Source: Bacteroidales bacterium
GTDB taxonomy: Bacteria; Bacteroidota; Bacteroidia; Bacteroidales; WCHB1-69
Assembly: GCA_024682995.1 (NCBI GenBank)
Contig: JAIKYR010000071.1
Location: 17,883-81,882, forward strand
Length of the DNA stretch: 64,000 bases
Direction: 5' to 3'
Under the pieces are notes generated by a model. The model saw only the letters and a program-made list of their open reading frames with translations, did no database searches and was not told the origin of the DNA. A program made the translations under genes and the position numbers. Numbering within the stretch: position 1 is the stretch's first letter; every line of letters begins with the position of its first letter. This document shows positions 33,955 to 44,395 of the stretch, in pieces.

Positions 33955-35358
33955 TTACCGCAACTCCATCCGCACTACATTCTCCACATGCTGGGTATGC
34001 GGGAACATGTCCACAGGCTGTACGGCCGTCACCTTGTAGGTACTGTTCAGCAGGGTAAGGTCGCGGGCCTGCGTGGCGGGGTTGCAGCTCACATACACGA
34101 TGCGCGGTACCCGCAACTTGACTAACATCTGCAGCACATTGGGGTGCATGCCGGCGCGCGGCGGGTCGGTGATGATGACATCCGGACGACCGTGCTGCGC
34201 GATGAAGTCGTCGGTGAAGATCTTGGCCATGTCGCCCACCACAAATTCCGCATTGTGGATCTGGTTGCGCTCGCAGTTGATGCGGGCATCGTCCACGGCG
34301 GAGTCCACGTACTCCACCCCAACCACCTTTTTCGCCTGATGGGCGACGAAATTGGCTATGGTGCCGGTGCCGGTGAAGAGGTCATACACCACCTCATCGG
34401 GCTGGATGGCGGCAAAATCACGCACCACACTGTAGAGGACGTATGCCTGGTCGCTGTTGGTCTGGTAGAAGGATTTGGGCCCGACCTTGAAGTAAAGATC
34501 CTCCATTTTCTCCATGATGTGGTCGTTACCCTTGAACAAATGGAAGGGCAGGTCGAAGACGGCATCGTTCACCTTGGTGTTGACCATATATATTAAAGAG
34601 GTGATTTCCGGGAAACGGTCGGCGAGGGCGTTCAGCATCTTTTCAACATTCTCATTGAAAACGGAGACAATCATTACCACCATGAGGTCGCCGGTGGAGG
34701 CGGTGCGGATGATGAGGTTGCGCAGCACGCCTTCGCGGGCGCGCGGGTCGTAGAAGGTGATGCCGTGTTCCATGGCGTAGGCTTTGAGGAACAGACGGAT
34801 GTCGTTGCTTGGAGCCGTCTGCAGCCAGCAATGGTCGATGTCGAGGATCTTGTCGAACATGCCGGGGATGTGGAATCCGGCGCAGCGCATCTCAAACGGC
34901 TCCCCCGCTTTCATACGGGCCATGTCCGCATACGAAAGCCATCGCATGTTGGAGAAGGTGTATTCCAACTTGTTACGATAGTAGTATTGTTTCTCCGAAC
35001 CCAAAATCGGCCGGAGCTCCGGATATTCGAATTTGCCGAGGTGGCGGAAATTGTCATCCACCTGTTTCTGTTTGTATTCCAACTGCTTGGCGTAGTCGAG
35101 CATCTGCCATTTGCAGCCGCCGCACACGCCGAAGTGCGGGCAAGGGGGTACTACACGGTCGGGAGAGGGCTGCCGCACCGCCAGCAGGTTGGCTTCGGCA
35201 TAATGGTGCTTTTTCTTGAATATCTCCACGTCCACCCGGTCGCCGGGAACGGCGTAGGGGACAAAAATGGTCAGACCGTCCAGCTTGGCTACGGCCTTGC
35301 CCTCCGCACCGGCGGAGAGAATTTCCAGATCTTCGATGGTATAACGTTTGAATGACAT
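33955..35358 (-). CDS. rlmD: 23S rRNA (uracil-C5)-methyltransferase RlmD (TRAM plus SAM methyltransferase)
   Basis: TRAM N-terminus, Fe-S cysteines CPHFGVCGGCKWQ, DLFTGTGTI, DPPRAG, YVSCNPATQARD. Confidence 0.9.
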   Translation of the reverse strand: MSFKRYTIEDLEILSAGAEGKAVAKLDGLTIFVPYAVPGDRVDVEIFKKKHHYAEANLLAVRQPSPDRVVPPCPHFGVCGGCKWQMLDYAKQLEYKQKQVDDNFRHLGKFEYPELRPILGSEKQYYYRNKLEYTFSNMRWLSYADMARMKAGEPFEMRCAGFHIPGMFDKILDIDHCWLQTAPSNDIRLFLKAYAMEHGITFYDPRAREGVLRNLIIRTASTGDLMVVMIVSVFNENVEKMLNALADRFPEITSLIYMVNTKVNDAVFDLPFHLFKGNDHIMEKMEDLYFKVGPKSFYQTNSDQAYVLYSVVRDFAAIQPDEVVYDLFTGTGTIANFVAHQAKKVVGVEYVDSAVDDARINCERNQIHNAEFVVGDMAKIFTDDFIAQHGRPDVIITDPPRAGMHPNVLQMLVKLRVPRIVYVSCNPATQARDLTLLNSTYKVTAVQPVDMFPHTQHVENVVRMELR

Positions 35359-35475
35359 AATCGGGTGGATGAGGGGGTGGTTGTATGGTTCGTGATGTTC
35401 GTAATGTTTATAATGTTTATAAGGTTTTCGGTCTATAATCTATAATCCCTGGTCTAAAGTATCTGCTCTCCAGTC

Positions 35476-36054
35476 TTAAGTCTGATAAAACCCCATCTCG
35501 TCCAGATATTGCCATACTTTTGGGGGGAGCATGTAGCGCACGGCCTTGTTTTGTCGGAGGTTTTCCCGAATCAGGGTGGAGGAAAGCTCAATCAGCGGGG
35601 CATCCACGAAATGGATGCGAGGGCCTTCCCTGTATTCTCCAGCGTCATATCCCGGACGGGGATAGACGTAAAGGTCGTAATTTTCCAGAATCCAGTCGTA
35701 GTTCAGCCACTTGTAGATGGTCTGCAGGTTGTCTTCCCCCATGATGAGGGCGAACTCCCGCTGGGGGTATTTCTCTGCCAGATGCACTAAAGTGTGGCAC
35801 GTGTACGAGGGTTGGGACAGGGCGAACTCCACGTCGCTGGCCCGGAAACGGTCATCATCTTCCACAGCCAGGTTGACCATGTGGAGCCGCTGCCAGTCAT
35901 CTAACAAAGAGGTCTTCTCTTTCAGTGGGTTGCGGGGTGATACGACGAACCAGAGCTCTTCGAGGTCGGAATGCTCCAGCATATATTCGGCAATGATTAA
36001 ATGACCGATGTGAATGGGGTTGAAGGATCCGAAATAAAGGCCTGTCTTGCGCAT
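35476..36054 (-). CDS. nadD: Nicotinate-nucleotide adenylyltransferase
   Basis: GLYFGSFNPIHIGHL, VSPRNPLK. Confidence 0.9.
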   Translation of the reverse strand: MRKTGLYFGSFNPIHIGHLIIAEYMLEHSDLEELWFVVSPRNPLKEKTSLLDDWQRLHMVNLAVEDDDRFRASDVEFALSQPSYTCHTLVHLAEKYPQREFALIMGEDNLQTIYKWLNYDWILENYDLYVYPRPGYDAGEYREGPRIHFVDAPLIELSSTLIRENLRQNKAVRYMLPPKVWQYLDEMGFYQT

Positions 36055-36090
36055 AGGGGGTCGTTTTTTAACGGGACAAAAGTACGAAAT

Positions 36091-36750
36091 TTAGCGGTTG
36101 GATTCCACCAGCTTCATCAAATCTTCTGGCTTCTCGATGATGATATCGGCGCCGGCATTCTCCAGCTCTGTTCGTGGACGGTAGCCCCACAGCACGCCCA
36201 CGGCCCGCACGCCAGCCCGGTGCGCTGTTTCCATATCCACGGCGGAGTCGCCCAAATACAACGCATCTTCCACACCACATCCTGTAGCGGTTAGGATGTC
36301 GGCAACCACGGCCGGGTCGGGCTTGACCGGAACGCCCGGGCGCTGTCCGAAAAGGGCATCCCATCGGATGGTGGGGAAAAGGTTTGCCATAAGCGGTGCC
36401 ACCGCCTCATGCACCTTGTTCGTTGCCACCGACAGTTTCACCCCACGGTCCTGGAGTTGAGTCAAGACTTCCGTGATGCCTTGATATACTGTAGTTTTAT
36501 CATGCATGTGCTCCGTATAATATGCCAAAAACTCTTTTAAACAGGGGTTTATAAATTCAGGCGTTTTTTTCCCTTCGGGTAGGATGCGTTCGATGAGCTT
36601 GGTCATCCCGTTGCCCACAAAGTAGCGGTAGGCATCCACTGGATGTGTCGGAAAACCATGGGCGGCCAATATGTGGTTGGCAGCATCCGCTAAGTCTTCA
36701 AGGGTATTGAGCAACGTGCCGTCCAAATCAAAGATGATGAGCTTAGGCAT
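36091..36750 (-). CDS. HAD-family hydrolase (phosphoglycolate phosphatase-like)
   Basis: IIFDLDGTLLNT, ATNK, GDSAVDMETA. Confidence 0.8.
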   Translation of the reverse strand: MPKLIIFDLDGTLLNTLEDLADAANHILAAHGFPTHPVDAYRYFVGNGMTKLIERILPEGKKTPEFINPCLKEFLAYYTEHMHDKTTVYQGITEVLTQLQDRGVKLSVATNKVHEAVAPLMANLFPTIRWDALFGQRPGVPVKPDPAVVADILTATGCGVEDALYLGDSAVDMETAHRAGVRAVGVLWGYRPRTELENAGADIIIEKPEDLMKLVESNR

Positions 36751-36752
36751 GG

Positions 36753-37301
36753 CTAAAACACAAATGGGGAATCAAAATCTTTCAGAAAGGCACCGGTGAG
36801 GTCCTTGGGTGAGGTCAGCGGATGCTCCACCTGCCAATCGATATGTAGGTCGGGGTCGTCGAAACGGATGCTGCCTTCCGATTCCTTATGATAGAAATTG
36901 GAGCATTTGTAGAAGAACAGGGTGTTGTCTTCCAGGGCCGCGAACCCGTGCGCGAAGCCCGCAGGGATGTAGAACTGCCGGAAGTTATCGGCGGTCAGCA
37001 GCACCGAAAAGTATTGCCCATAGGTGGGGCTTCCTTTTCGGATATCCACGGCAAAATCCAGAGCAGCACCGTTGAGGATGCGCACCAGCTTGGCTTGTGC
37101 GTAGGGGGGACGCTGGAAATGAAGGCCGCGCACCACCCCCTTCTGCGAACACGACTGGTTGTCCTGCACCCAGTTCTCCCGGATGCCGGCTTCTGCCAAG
37201 GTCTTCTCATTATAACTCTCAAAAAAGTAGCCGCGGTCATCGTGAAACACTTTCGGTTCCAACACAATCAAACCCGGAATCGGCGTTGTTATGATTTGCA
37301 T
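36753..37301 (-). CDS. rfbC: dTDP-4-dehydrorhamnose 3,5-epimerase
   Basis: DDRGYFFES, RGLHFQ, GFAHGF. Confidence 0.9.
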   Translation of the reverse strand: MQIITTPIPGLIVLEPKVFHDDRGYFFESYNEKTLAEAGIRENWVQDNQSCSQKGVVRGLHFQRPPYAQAKLVRILNGAALDFAVDIRKGSPTYGQYFSVLLTADNFRQFYIPAGFAHGFAALEDNTLFFYKCSNFYHKESEGSIRFDDPDLHIDWQVEHPLTSPKDLTGAFLKDFDSPFVF

Positions 37302-37340
37302 ATTTAACTTTTTATTCTAAAAAAACATTTCCGACAAAAA

Positions 37341-39128
37341 TCAATCTTCGGAATCGTCGGCGATGAACTGCTGGTACTCGGCCAGGAAGCGTGCCTTCGA
37401 CAGGAATCCGAGATACTGCCGGTCGCGGGTGATGACTGGCATGTTGAAATTACCCGTCTTATTGAACTTTTCCAACACCTCTGCCGCCGACTCATCCTCA
37501 TAAATAAATTCTTCGGGTTCTATCATCAGATCCTCCACCCGTACCAGGTCGTAAAGTTCCGGCTTGAAAATCACCTCCCGATGGTCGTCCATCACAAGAA
37601 GGCCCGAGAAGATGTTGCCGTCTTTCACCACCACAAAGAGGTTGCGGCGGCAATGGGCAATCGCATCCGTATAGGTGCGCAGGGTGCTGTGCGCAGGGAT
37701 GGTGCTTATATTCGTGTCCAAGATCTTCTGCCATTGCAGTTTCTTCAAGGCAAAACGGTCTTTATTGTGGGTCTTGAGGTTGCCCTTTTCCGCCAGCGGG
37801 CGGGTATAGACCGAGTATTTCTCAAACGGATTGGTGCAGATGTAAGAGCAGGCGGCTGTGATCATCAGCGGGATGAGCAGCGAATAGCCTCCGGAGAGTT
37901 CTGCAATCAGGAACATGGCGGTCAGCGGGGCCTGCATTACGCCCGTCATCACGCCGGCCATGCCTGCGAGGATGAAGTTGACCACCGGAAAATGGATGCC
38001 TGTGAAGAAATGGGCCACAGAGGAAACCAGAAAGCCCGTGAATGCCCCGATGAAAAGCGTGGGGGCGAACACACCGCCCACACCGCCAGCCGCTGTGGTG
38101 AACGTAGTGGCGAACACCTTCATCAGGATGATGCCGGCTATGCCCGCAAAGAAGAGCACGCTGTTGGTGTTCGGTATGCCGAAGGGCGCATTGCGGAATA
38201 ATGCTGCGTAGTCGCCATGTATCAGCAGGTTGATGCTGTCGTAACCTTCCCCGTAGAATACTGGGAAGAGGAAAATCAGTGAGCAGAGCAGCAGTGATCC
38301 CACCACCGCCTTAAGCCAGGGATAACGCAGTTTCCGCATCATCCGGTCCAACATGCGCGACACCCGCAGGAAATAGACGGAGACCAGTCCGCATAGCAAA
38401 CCCAGCACGATATAGAGTGGGATATTCGTGATGAAGAACTCGTGGGTGGCCCCGATGGTGAACATCACGTCTCTCCCTAAAAAGAACATGGACATGACCG
38501 TGCCGGTGGCCGCGGAAATGAGCAGCGGCAGGATGGCACTTCCCGTCAAATCCAGCATCAGCACCTCGAAGGTGAAGACAATGGCCGCAATAGGGGCTTT
38601 GAAAATGGCCGCCATGGCCGCTGTGGAACCACACGCTAGCAGCAGTGTGGTCTGCTTGGCGTTCAGATGGAAGAATCGGCCCAGATTCGAGCCGATAGCC
38701 GATCCGGTGAGAACCATGGGTGCCTCCAATCCCACAGAGCCGCCGAACCCCACCGTCAGCGCACTTGACACCATCGAGGAATAGACGTTGTGGAATCTCA
38801 ATTTGCCGTCGCTTTTGCAAATCGATTTAAGTACGATGCTGACCCCGTGGCTCAAATCATCACGTACCACTTTCTTTACAAACAAGATAGTTAGAAAGAT
38901 GCCTATCGGAGGGAATATCAGATAGATGTAGTTGATGCTGTTGCCTGTGAAAGTGTGGCTGAGCATTGTGGTGGTGAAGTGCAGCAGGTTTTTGATGACG
39001 ATGGCCGCCAACGCACCCAGCACGCCAATCAGCACACTCAGGAACAAAATGACGGCACGGCTGCTGAGGTGTTTCTTGATGAAACGCCTGCACTTGGAGA
39101 GTATATAGCAGAGGTTCCGATTTTTCAT
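37341..39128 (-). CDS. ClC-family chloride channel/transporter with C-terminal CBS pair
   Basis: GGSVGLEAP, GGVGGVFAPTLF selectivity motifs; C-terminal CBS-like region. Confidence 0.85.
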   Translation of the reverse strand: MKNRNLCYILSKCRRFIKKHLSSRAVILFLSVLIGVLGALAAIVIKNLLHFTTTMLSHTFTGNSINYIYLIFPPIGIFLTILFVKKVVRDDLSHGVSIVLKSICKSDGKLRFHNVYSSMVSSALTVGFGGSVGLEAPMVLTGSAIGSNLGRFFHLNAKQTTLLLACGSTAAMAAIFKAPIAAIVFTFEVLMLDLTGSAILPLLISAATGTVMSMFFLGRDVMFTIGATHEFFITNIPLYIVLGLLCGLVSVYFLRVSRMLDRMMRKLRYPWLKAVVGSLLLCSLIFLFPVFYGEGYDSINLLIHGDYAALFRNAPFGIPNTNSVLFFAGIAGIILMKVFATTFTTAAGGVGGVFAPTLFIGAFTGFLVSSVAHFFTGIHFPVVNFILAGMAGVMTGVMQAPLTAMFLIAELSGGYSLLIPLMITAACSYICTNPFEKYSVYTRPLAEKGNLKTHNKDRFALKKLQWQKILDTNISTIPAHSTLRTYTDAIAHCRRNLFVVVKDGNIFSGLLVMDDHREVIFKPELYDLVRVEDLMIEPEEFIYEDESAAEVLEKFNKTGNFNMPVITRDRQYLGFLSKARFLAEYQQFIADDSED

Positions 39129-39191
39129 GACAAAAATGACGGGGGCAAAAAGGGCAGTCGGTAGCGACTGCCCTTATAGTAAAAAGCAGGT

Positions 39192-41345
39192 TTATCTGCG
39201 GATATCCATTTCGTTGAGCAGGTAGCCTGCGCCACCGAACTTGTCAATGACGAAGAGCACATAGCGGGCATCCACGTTGATGCAGCGTTGCAGGGAGGTG
39301 TTGAATACGATGTCGCTGCTCAAGGCTTCCCAGTTGCCGTCGAAGGCCAGGCCGATGAGTTCGCCGTCGCCGTTCATGATCGGGCTGCCGGAGTTACCGC
39401 CGGTGATGTCGTTGTTGGAGAGGAAGCACACGTGCAATTCGCCGTCCTTGTCTGCATATTGGCCGAAATCACGGTTCAGGATGAGCTGTTTCAGTTTGGT
39501 CGGCACGTCAAATTCGGGGTCGCCTGGAATCTCCTTTTGCAGGATGCCCTTTGTGGTGGTGAAATAGTTATAGTGCACGCCATCCGCCGGATAGTAGTCG
39601 CACACCGTGCCGAAAGTGGTACGCATGGTGCTGTTGGCGTCCGGATACATCGGGGTGGAGGCGTTCATCTCCTTGAGGGCGGCCAGATAGGTGCGGCGAG
39701 GAATGTCCAGCTTGCCCATATCTGTGAAAATGTGCTGGTTGGTGAAAATCACACCCGACAACTGCTGTATGTAGAGGTAAAGGGGATCCTTGTACAGCAC
39801 TTTGTTGGAAGGTTTCGCCAGATATTTCTCCAGATTATCCTTGGAGATAAAGATGGAGTTGCGTACCGCCGCCTCGAAGTTGGCCTCGCTACCCTTGAAA
39901 TTCTTCGCCAAAAGGCCTGGAATGTCGGGACGGTAGGCTTCCGGCACATTTTTCCAAATCTTCAGTGTAGCCATGATGATCTTGATTTCCGTCTCCATAT
40001 CCTTATCGTCAACGGCTTTGTCATACGCAGCCCGCACAGCTTTCATGGTGGCATCCGACAAGGTTTTTTCCTTATCCTTGAGTTCGAGTTTGTTATGTGT
40101 GCGCCAAGTAGCCATCAGGACAGCTGAGGAACGGAGTGCGAAATTGGCATCCAAATAGACTTTGTAGGCATTGCCGTCAATGGTCTTGCACACTTTTTCG
40201 ATTTCGTCCAGACAGTTGCCGTAACGTGCTTTCCTTTGATCGTTCTGGTTGATCCAGTTGGTGAGTTCCTGCTCCTGTTTCTGTTTGGTCTCCACAACCT
40301 TGAGGGCTTTCAAGCTGGCCACCATACCTTTTTGGTTTTTCCAACCGTTGGCCAGGCTGGCATGACCATCAGCATATTTCAGACGGACAGCCTCGTCCGC
40401 ATTCATGGCGTCGCTGATGACGGGGAGGATAATGTCTAACGGCTCATAGTAGGCTGGACCTTCAATGTCGATGGAATTCTGTACCTCGTAGGAGGTCTTG
40501 AAACGCTCCGTTGTACCAGGATAGCCCCAGATCATCGTGTAGTCGCCCGGCTGGTAGCCTTTCAAGCTGATGGGCAGGAAGTGTTTGGGGTGAAATGGCA
40601 CATTTTCTTTGGAGTATTCTGCCGGGGAACCGTCGGGAGCTGTGTAGATGCGGAATACGGTGAAGTCGCCCGTGTGACGCGGCCACATCCAGTTGTCGGT
40701 GTCACCACCGAACTTGCCAATGGCGGAAGGCGGAGCGCATACCAGACGAACATCTTTATATTCGGTATAAATGAACATATAGTATTCGTTGCCTTCGTAG
40801 AAGGGTTTCACCACCACTTTGTAACGTTTGTTTGCTGAATTATCCTCTTTGAGTTTTTTGATGGCCGAGGAAATAGCTTTCTCACGATCCTGTTCTGAGG
40901 TGCTCTCGTTCACATTTGCCAGGACGATACTCGTCACATCCTCCATTCTTTCCAAAAAATGGACATGGAAGTTGGCGGGAAGTTCCTCCTCCTTGCTCAT
41001 GGCGAAGAAGCCGTTGGTCAGGTAGTCGTGCTCCACCGTGGAGAGTTCCACCACAGAGGAGTAGCCGCAGTGATGGTTGGTGAACATGAGACCGTCGCGG
41101 GAGACCATCTCGCCAGTGCAGAAGCCGTCACCCAGTTGGACAATGGCATCCTTGAGAGAGGAGTTGTTGATGTCGTACAGTTGCTCGGCAGTCAGATGCA
41201 GACCCATCTTCTGCATGGTGGCGTAGTTGTAGTTTTTGATGAACATCGGCAGCCACATGCCCTCATCAGGCGGATTCACGGCGAAAGCGGCCGTGCAAAA
41301 CACTGTCATCAGGGACAGCAGGAGTGTTTTTGTAAAATTCTTCAT
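39192..41345 (-). CDS. S46-family dipeptidyl-peptidase (DPP7/DPP11-like)
   Basis: Signal peptide, PDEGMWLP, catalytic Ser region TGGNSGSP. Confidence 0.9.
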   Translation of the reverse strand: MKNFTKTLLLSLMTVFCTAAFAVNPPDEGMWLPMFIKNYNYATMQKMGLHLTAEQLYDINNSSLKDAIVQLGDGFCTGEMVSRDGLMFTNHHCGYSSVVELSTVEHDYLTNGFFAMSKEEELPANFHVHFLERMEDVTSIVLANVNESTSEQDREKAISSAIKKLKEDNSANKRYKVVVKPFYEGNEYYMFIYTEYKDVRLVCAPPSAIGKFGGDTDNWMWPRHTGDFTVFRIYTAPDGSPAEYSKENVPFHPKHFLPISLKGYQPGDYTMIWGYPGTTERFKTSYEVQNSIDIEGPAYYEPLDIILPVISDAMNADEAVRLKYADGHASLANGWKNQKGMVASLKALKVVETKQKQEQELTNWINQNDQRKARYGNCLDEIEKVCKTIDGNAYKVYLDANFALRSSAVLMATWRTHNKLELKDKEKTLSDATMKAVRAAYDKAVDDKDMETEIKIIMATLKIWKNVPEAYRPDIPGLLAKNFKGSEANFEAAVRNSIFISKDNLEKYLAKPSNKVLYKDPLYLYIQQLSGVIFTNQHIFTDMGKLDIPRRTYLAALKEMNASTPMYPDANSTMRTTFGTVCDYYPADGVHYNYFTTTKGILQKEIPGDPEFDVPTKLKQLILNRDFGQYADKDGELHVCFLSNNDITGGNSGSPIMNGDGELIGLAFDGNWEALSSDIVFNTSLQRCINVDARYVLFVIDKFGGAGYLLNEMDIRR

Positions 41346-41378
41346 AGTATTGGTTTTTTAATAATTGTCTAAAAAATA

Positions 41379-42032
41379 TCAGGATTGAGCCTCTTCCGTC
41401 GCGCCGGTAGAATTCTCTTTTGCCGGATGCTGGAAGAAGCGTTTGTTGAAAATGAGCATCAGGAAGATGCCGACGGTGATGCAGGCGTCGGCGAAGTTGA
41501 AGATGGCCGGGAAGAAATAGGAGCCGCCCCACAACGGGAAACCGTCAGGGATGTGGAACAGGCGCACATAGAACATATCCACCACCCGGCCGAAGAAGAA
41601 CGGAGCATATCCGCCGCCTTCCGGAAACAGCACAGCCAAGGTCTCCGGCGTGCTCTCGCTGAAAATCAATCCGTAAAACAGGGAGTCCAGGATGTTGCCC
41701 AGCGCGCCGGCAATCACCAGACAGAAGACCGTCAGGGTGAGGCCGTCCAGCTTGTCGCGACTGATCTGCCGGTGCAGATACCAGCAGAGGAAGACCACCA
41801 GCACAATGCGCACCAGCGACAGCAGCAGCTTGCCAATATTCTGGCCGAAAGAGAGACCGAAGGCCATGCCCGTATTCTCGATGAAGAGCAGGTTGAACCA
41901 ATTGCCCAACACGGGGGTTAGCTGGCCGATCGTCATGTGCGTCTTGACCCAGAACTTCAGAATCTGGTCCACAAGCAGCACGACCACCACAATGGCTATG
42001 GCTATAAGCCGGAATTTCTTCTGCCTGCTCAA
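41379..42032 (-). CDS. lspA: Lipoprotein signal peptidase II
   Basis: NTGMAFG, VVDMFY, FNFAD. Confidence 0.9.
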   Translation of the reverse strand: MSRQKKFRLIAIAIVVVVLLVDQILKFWVKTHMTIGQLTPVLGNWFNLLFIENTGMAFGLSFGQNIGKLLLSLVRIVLVVFLCWYLHRQISRDKLDGLTLTVFCLVIAGALGNILDSLFYGLIFSESTPETLAVLFPEGGGYAPFFFGRVVDMFYVRLFHIPDGFPLWGGSYFFPAIFNFADACITVGIFLMLIFNKRFFQHPAKENSTGATEEAQS

Positions 42033-42035
42033 GCC

Positions 42036-42422
42036 TTATTTCTTTTTTTCGTTCAACTTGGAATCCACATCCAGTGTGGCGTGCGGCACGATTTTCAGTC
42101 GTTCCTTGGAAATGAGCTTGCCGGTGATGCGGTCAATGCCGTAGGTCTTGTTCTCAATACGGATGAGCGCAGCCTCCAGATTGGCGATGTACTTGTCCAA
42201 GCGACCGGCCAGGCGGCTGTTCTCCTCCTTGGAGAGCACTTGGTTGCCGTCTTCCATATTCTTGAACGTTGGTGCCGTGTCGTTGGTGTCGTTTCCGGCG
42301 CCATTATAGGCATCCTGATAGACTTCCATCGCCTTTTTGGCATCAGCAATCTTATTTTCTATGAGTATTCTGAATTCCTCTAATTCCTCATCTGAATAAC
42401 GATTCACTATCTTTGCTGTCAT
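42036..42422 (-). CDS. DksA/TraR-family regulator, cysteine-less variant
   Basis: Coiled-coil N-terminus and C-terminal YGIDRITGKLISKERLKIVPHATL, where the usual zinc-finger Cys positions are not Cys. Confidence 0.7.
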   Translation of the reverse strand: MTAKIVNRYSDEELEEFRILIENKIADAKKAMEVYQDAYNGAGNDTNDTAPTFKNMEDGNQVLSKEENSRLAGRLDKYIANLEAALIRIENKTYGIDRITGKLISKERLKIVPHATLDVDSKLNEKKK

Positions 42423-42450
42423 AATTAATGGTTTTAATTAAAATGAGGTG

Positions 42451-42458
42451 CAAAGATA
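42451..42458 (-). promoter_or_regulatory. -7 promoter box for the dksA-like/lspA operon
   Basis: Minus-strand TATCTTTG, 29 nt upstream of ATG 42422. Confidence 0.5.
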
Positions 42459-42484
42459 TAATAATTTTCGATAGGAACAAGGAT

Positions 42485-43783
42485 TTATTTCACCAGTTTT
42501 TGAATTTGTGGCCGATGCTTGCTGTCCGACACTTTCAGCAGATACATACCGTGTGCCAAATCAAAGGGTTCTGACAGCTGGTGCGCACCTGCGTCCAAAT
42601 GGTGTGTGAACGTTTTTATCAATTTTCCATCCATCGAGAAGACCTCAAAATGGTAATCATTTTCTTGACTAACCTGCATTCGGAGGAAAAGACGGTCGTC
42701 CTGTACAGGATTTGTCACCTGCAGGTAAAATTCAGCGTCAAGGTCGGTCACCCCGACATGGGCTGCGATGGAGAATTCCGTGATTACCGGCAGATGGTCC
42801 GACTGATTGTACAAGGCGTTGGCAACATCACTTGGAATGCTACTGTTGGCCGGCGAGATGATGGAACTATTGAAACGGTTGCCGTCCTGGCCCAGCGCAT
42901 GGTAGGTCTCCGGCCTTACCATTACCCCAGTGACACCATAATACACGTATGGGGAAACCAGAATGATGTCGAAACGGTCGTCCAAGCCGCCAGTAGCAAA
43001 GCACCCATCCGATTCATAATGGGTGGATTGGGTGTGTATGTCCTTGAAGGAACTGTTGTTATTCCAGTGCCCGTCGCGTCCGATGGGGTCATACAAACGG
43101 TAAAGGCTGTTGGAGTACTGCGTCATCTCCTGGTAGGCGGGCTCCTCTGAGCCATAGATATTGAAGTCGCCGGACACCACATGGTTTCCGGGACCGCCAA
43201 GGGACGACAGCTTGTCCATTAGTTTTTGGGTCTGCACATGACGGGCAGCAGCGTTCGTTTCCCCGCTCCCGGCCTTCAGGTGCATGATCCAAAAAGTGAT
43301 GAATACCGTGTCTCCATGAGCCAGTTCGGTGGAGTTGTAGTACATTTTATAACCGTTGATGTCACGGTAGGCTGTTGACACTGCAGTATGGCTGTGGTAT
43401 CGCAGTTTCCGGGAATCGTAATAGATCATGTTGGCGATCTGCCCGCCTGAGTAGCTGGTCAGCGGCCCGTGCTGGTAATAGTTCACCCCGTCGGTGTTGA
43501 TGGCGTTGTTGAGCAGGCGTTCCACATACGAGAGGTTGGTTCCCATTTCGCACACGCAAAACACGTCCGGCATCACATAATGGAATATCTTGCGGATGTT
43601 GGCATCTTTCTGGTCCAAGTTGTTGGTCGTGCTGTTGCAATCGCTCACCCCGGAAGTCTGCGTGTAATACATGAGGTTGTATTGCATCATCTTCAGCACC
43701 TCCTGTGCCTGGACTTGTAACGCAAAAAGCGTGAAAACACAGAGCAAACGGACACCTGTTGTATGTTTTTTAAAGGACATCAT
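42485..43783 (-). CDS. Endonuclease/exonuclease/phosphatase-family protein with T9SS C-terminal sorting domain
   Basis: Signal peptide; EEP motifs VFCVCEM and QSDHLPV; C-terminal beta-rich tail GMYLLKVSD...QIQKLVK typical of T9SS type A CTD. Confidence 0.75.
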   Translation of the reverse strand: MMSFKKHTTGVRLLCVFTLFALQVQAQEVLKMMQYNLMYYTQTSGVSDCNSTTNNLDQKDANIRKIFHYVMPDVFCVCEMGTNLSYVERLLNNAINTDGVNYYQHGPLTSYSGGQIANMIYYDSRKLRYHSHTAVSTAYRDINGYKMYYNSTELAHGDTVFITFWIMHLKAGSGETNAAARHVQTQKLMDKLSSLGGPGNHVVSGDFNIYGSEEPAYQEMTQYSNSLYRLYDPIGRDGHWNNNSSFKDIHTQSTHYESDGCFATGGLDDRFDIILVSPYVYYGVTGVMVRPETYHALGQDGNRFNSSIISPANSSIPSDVANALYNQSDHLPVITEFSIAAHVGVTDLDAEFYLQVTNPVQDDRLFLRMQVSQENDYHFEVFSMDGKLIKTFTHHLDAGAHQLSEPFDLAHGMYLLKVSDSKHRPQIQKLVK

Positions 43784-43786
43784 CGC

Positions 43787-44389
43787 TTATTTCCATTTAA
43801 AGGTGTTTGTAAACTGCATGAAATCCTCCCGCAGGTAGTCGATGACCGGCTGCAGGGAGTCATTGTTCGGGGTGAAGTTGAAATAGAGGGTGCCGCGCAG
43901 GAAATAGTGGGCGCTGTCCGTCATCCAGAAGATGAGCGGGGTGGCAACCTCTTTGCCTTCAATATCGTAAAACCGTCCCCAAAGACGGGCTTCAGGGTCC
44001 TGGATGACGGAGAATTCCACGTCATCAGCCTTCTGATAGTGGAATTTCACCATTTTTTCCTCCCGAATCATCAGACTGCGCAGGCTGTCGGCCTTCGGCA
44101 CGGGGATGCACGTCAGCTTGAAGGCGGCGTTCAACTCGGGATAAGACATGTCAATCCAGCAGATTCCGTCTTTTTGGTCGCGGATGGACAGGACAGACTG
44201 ATCCGATTGGTCGAAAGTGAAGGGTAGGGTGGTATCCGTATGTCGGTACTGTCGTTCGGGGAGGTCAATGCGGAAATAGCCGACCGGTTTCGGGGTCGGC
44301 ACATCACGGTGACGGCAGGAGGCTGCCGTCACACATAATCCCATCAGAAAAGCCACAACCACAAGAAGATGCCGTTCAGGACCTCTCAT
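43787..44389 (-). CDS. gldD: Gliding motility lipoprotein GldD
   Basis: Lipobox LCVTAASC; PKPVGYFRIDLPERQY start typical of GldD. Confidence 0.75.
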   Translation of the reverse strand: MRGPERHLLVVVAFLMGLCVTAASCRHRDVPTPKPVGYFRIDLPERQYRHTDTTLPFTFDQSDQSVLSIRDQKDGICWIDMSYPELNAAFKLTCIPVPKADSLRSLMIREEKMVKFHYQKADDVEFSVIQDPEARLWGRFYDIEGKEVATPLIFWMTDSAHYFLRGTLYFNFTPNNDSLQPVIDYLREDFMQFTNTFKWK

Positions 44390-44395
44390 GGCGGA

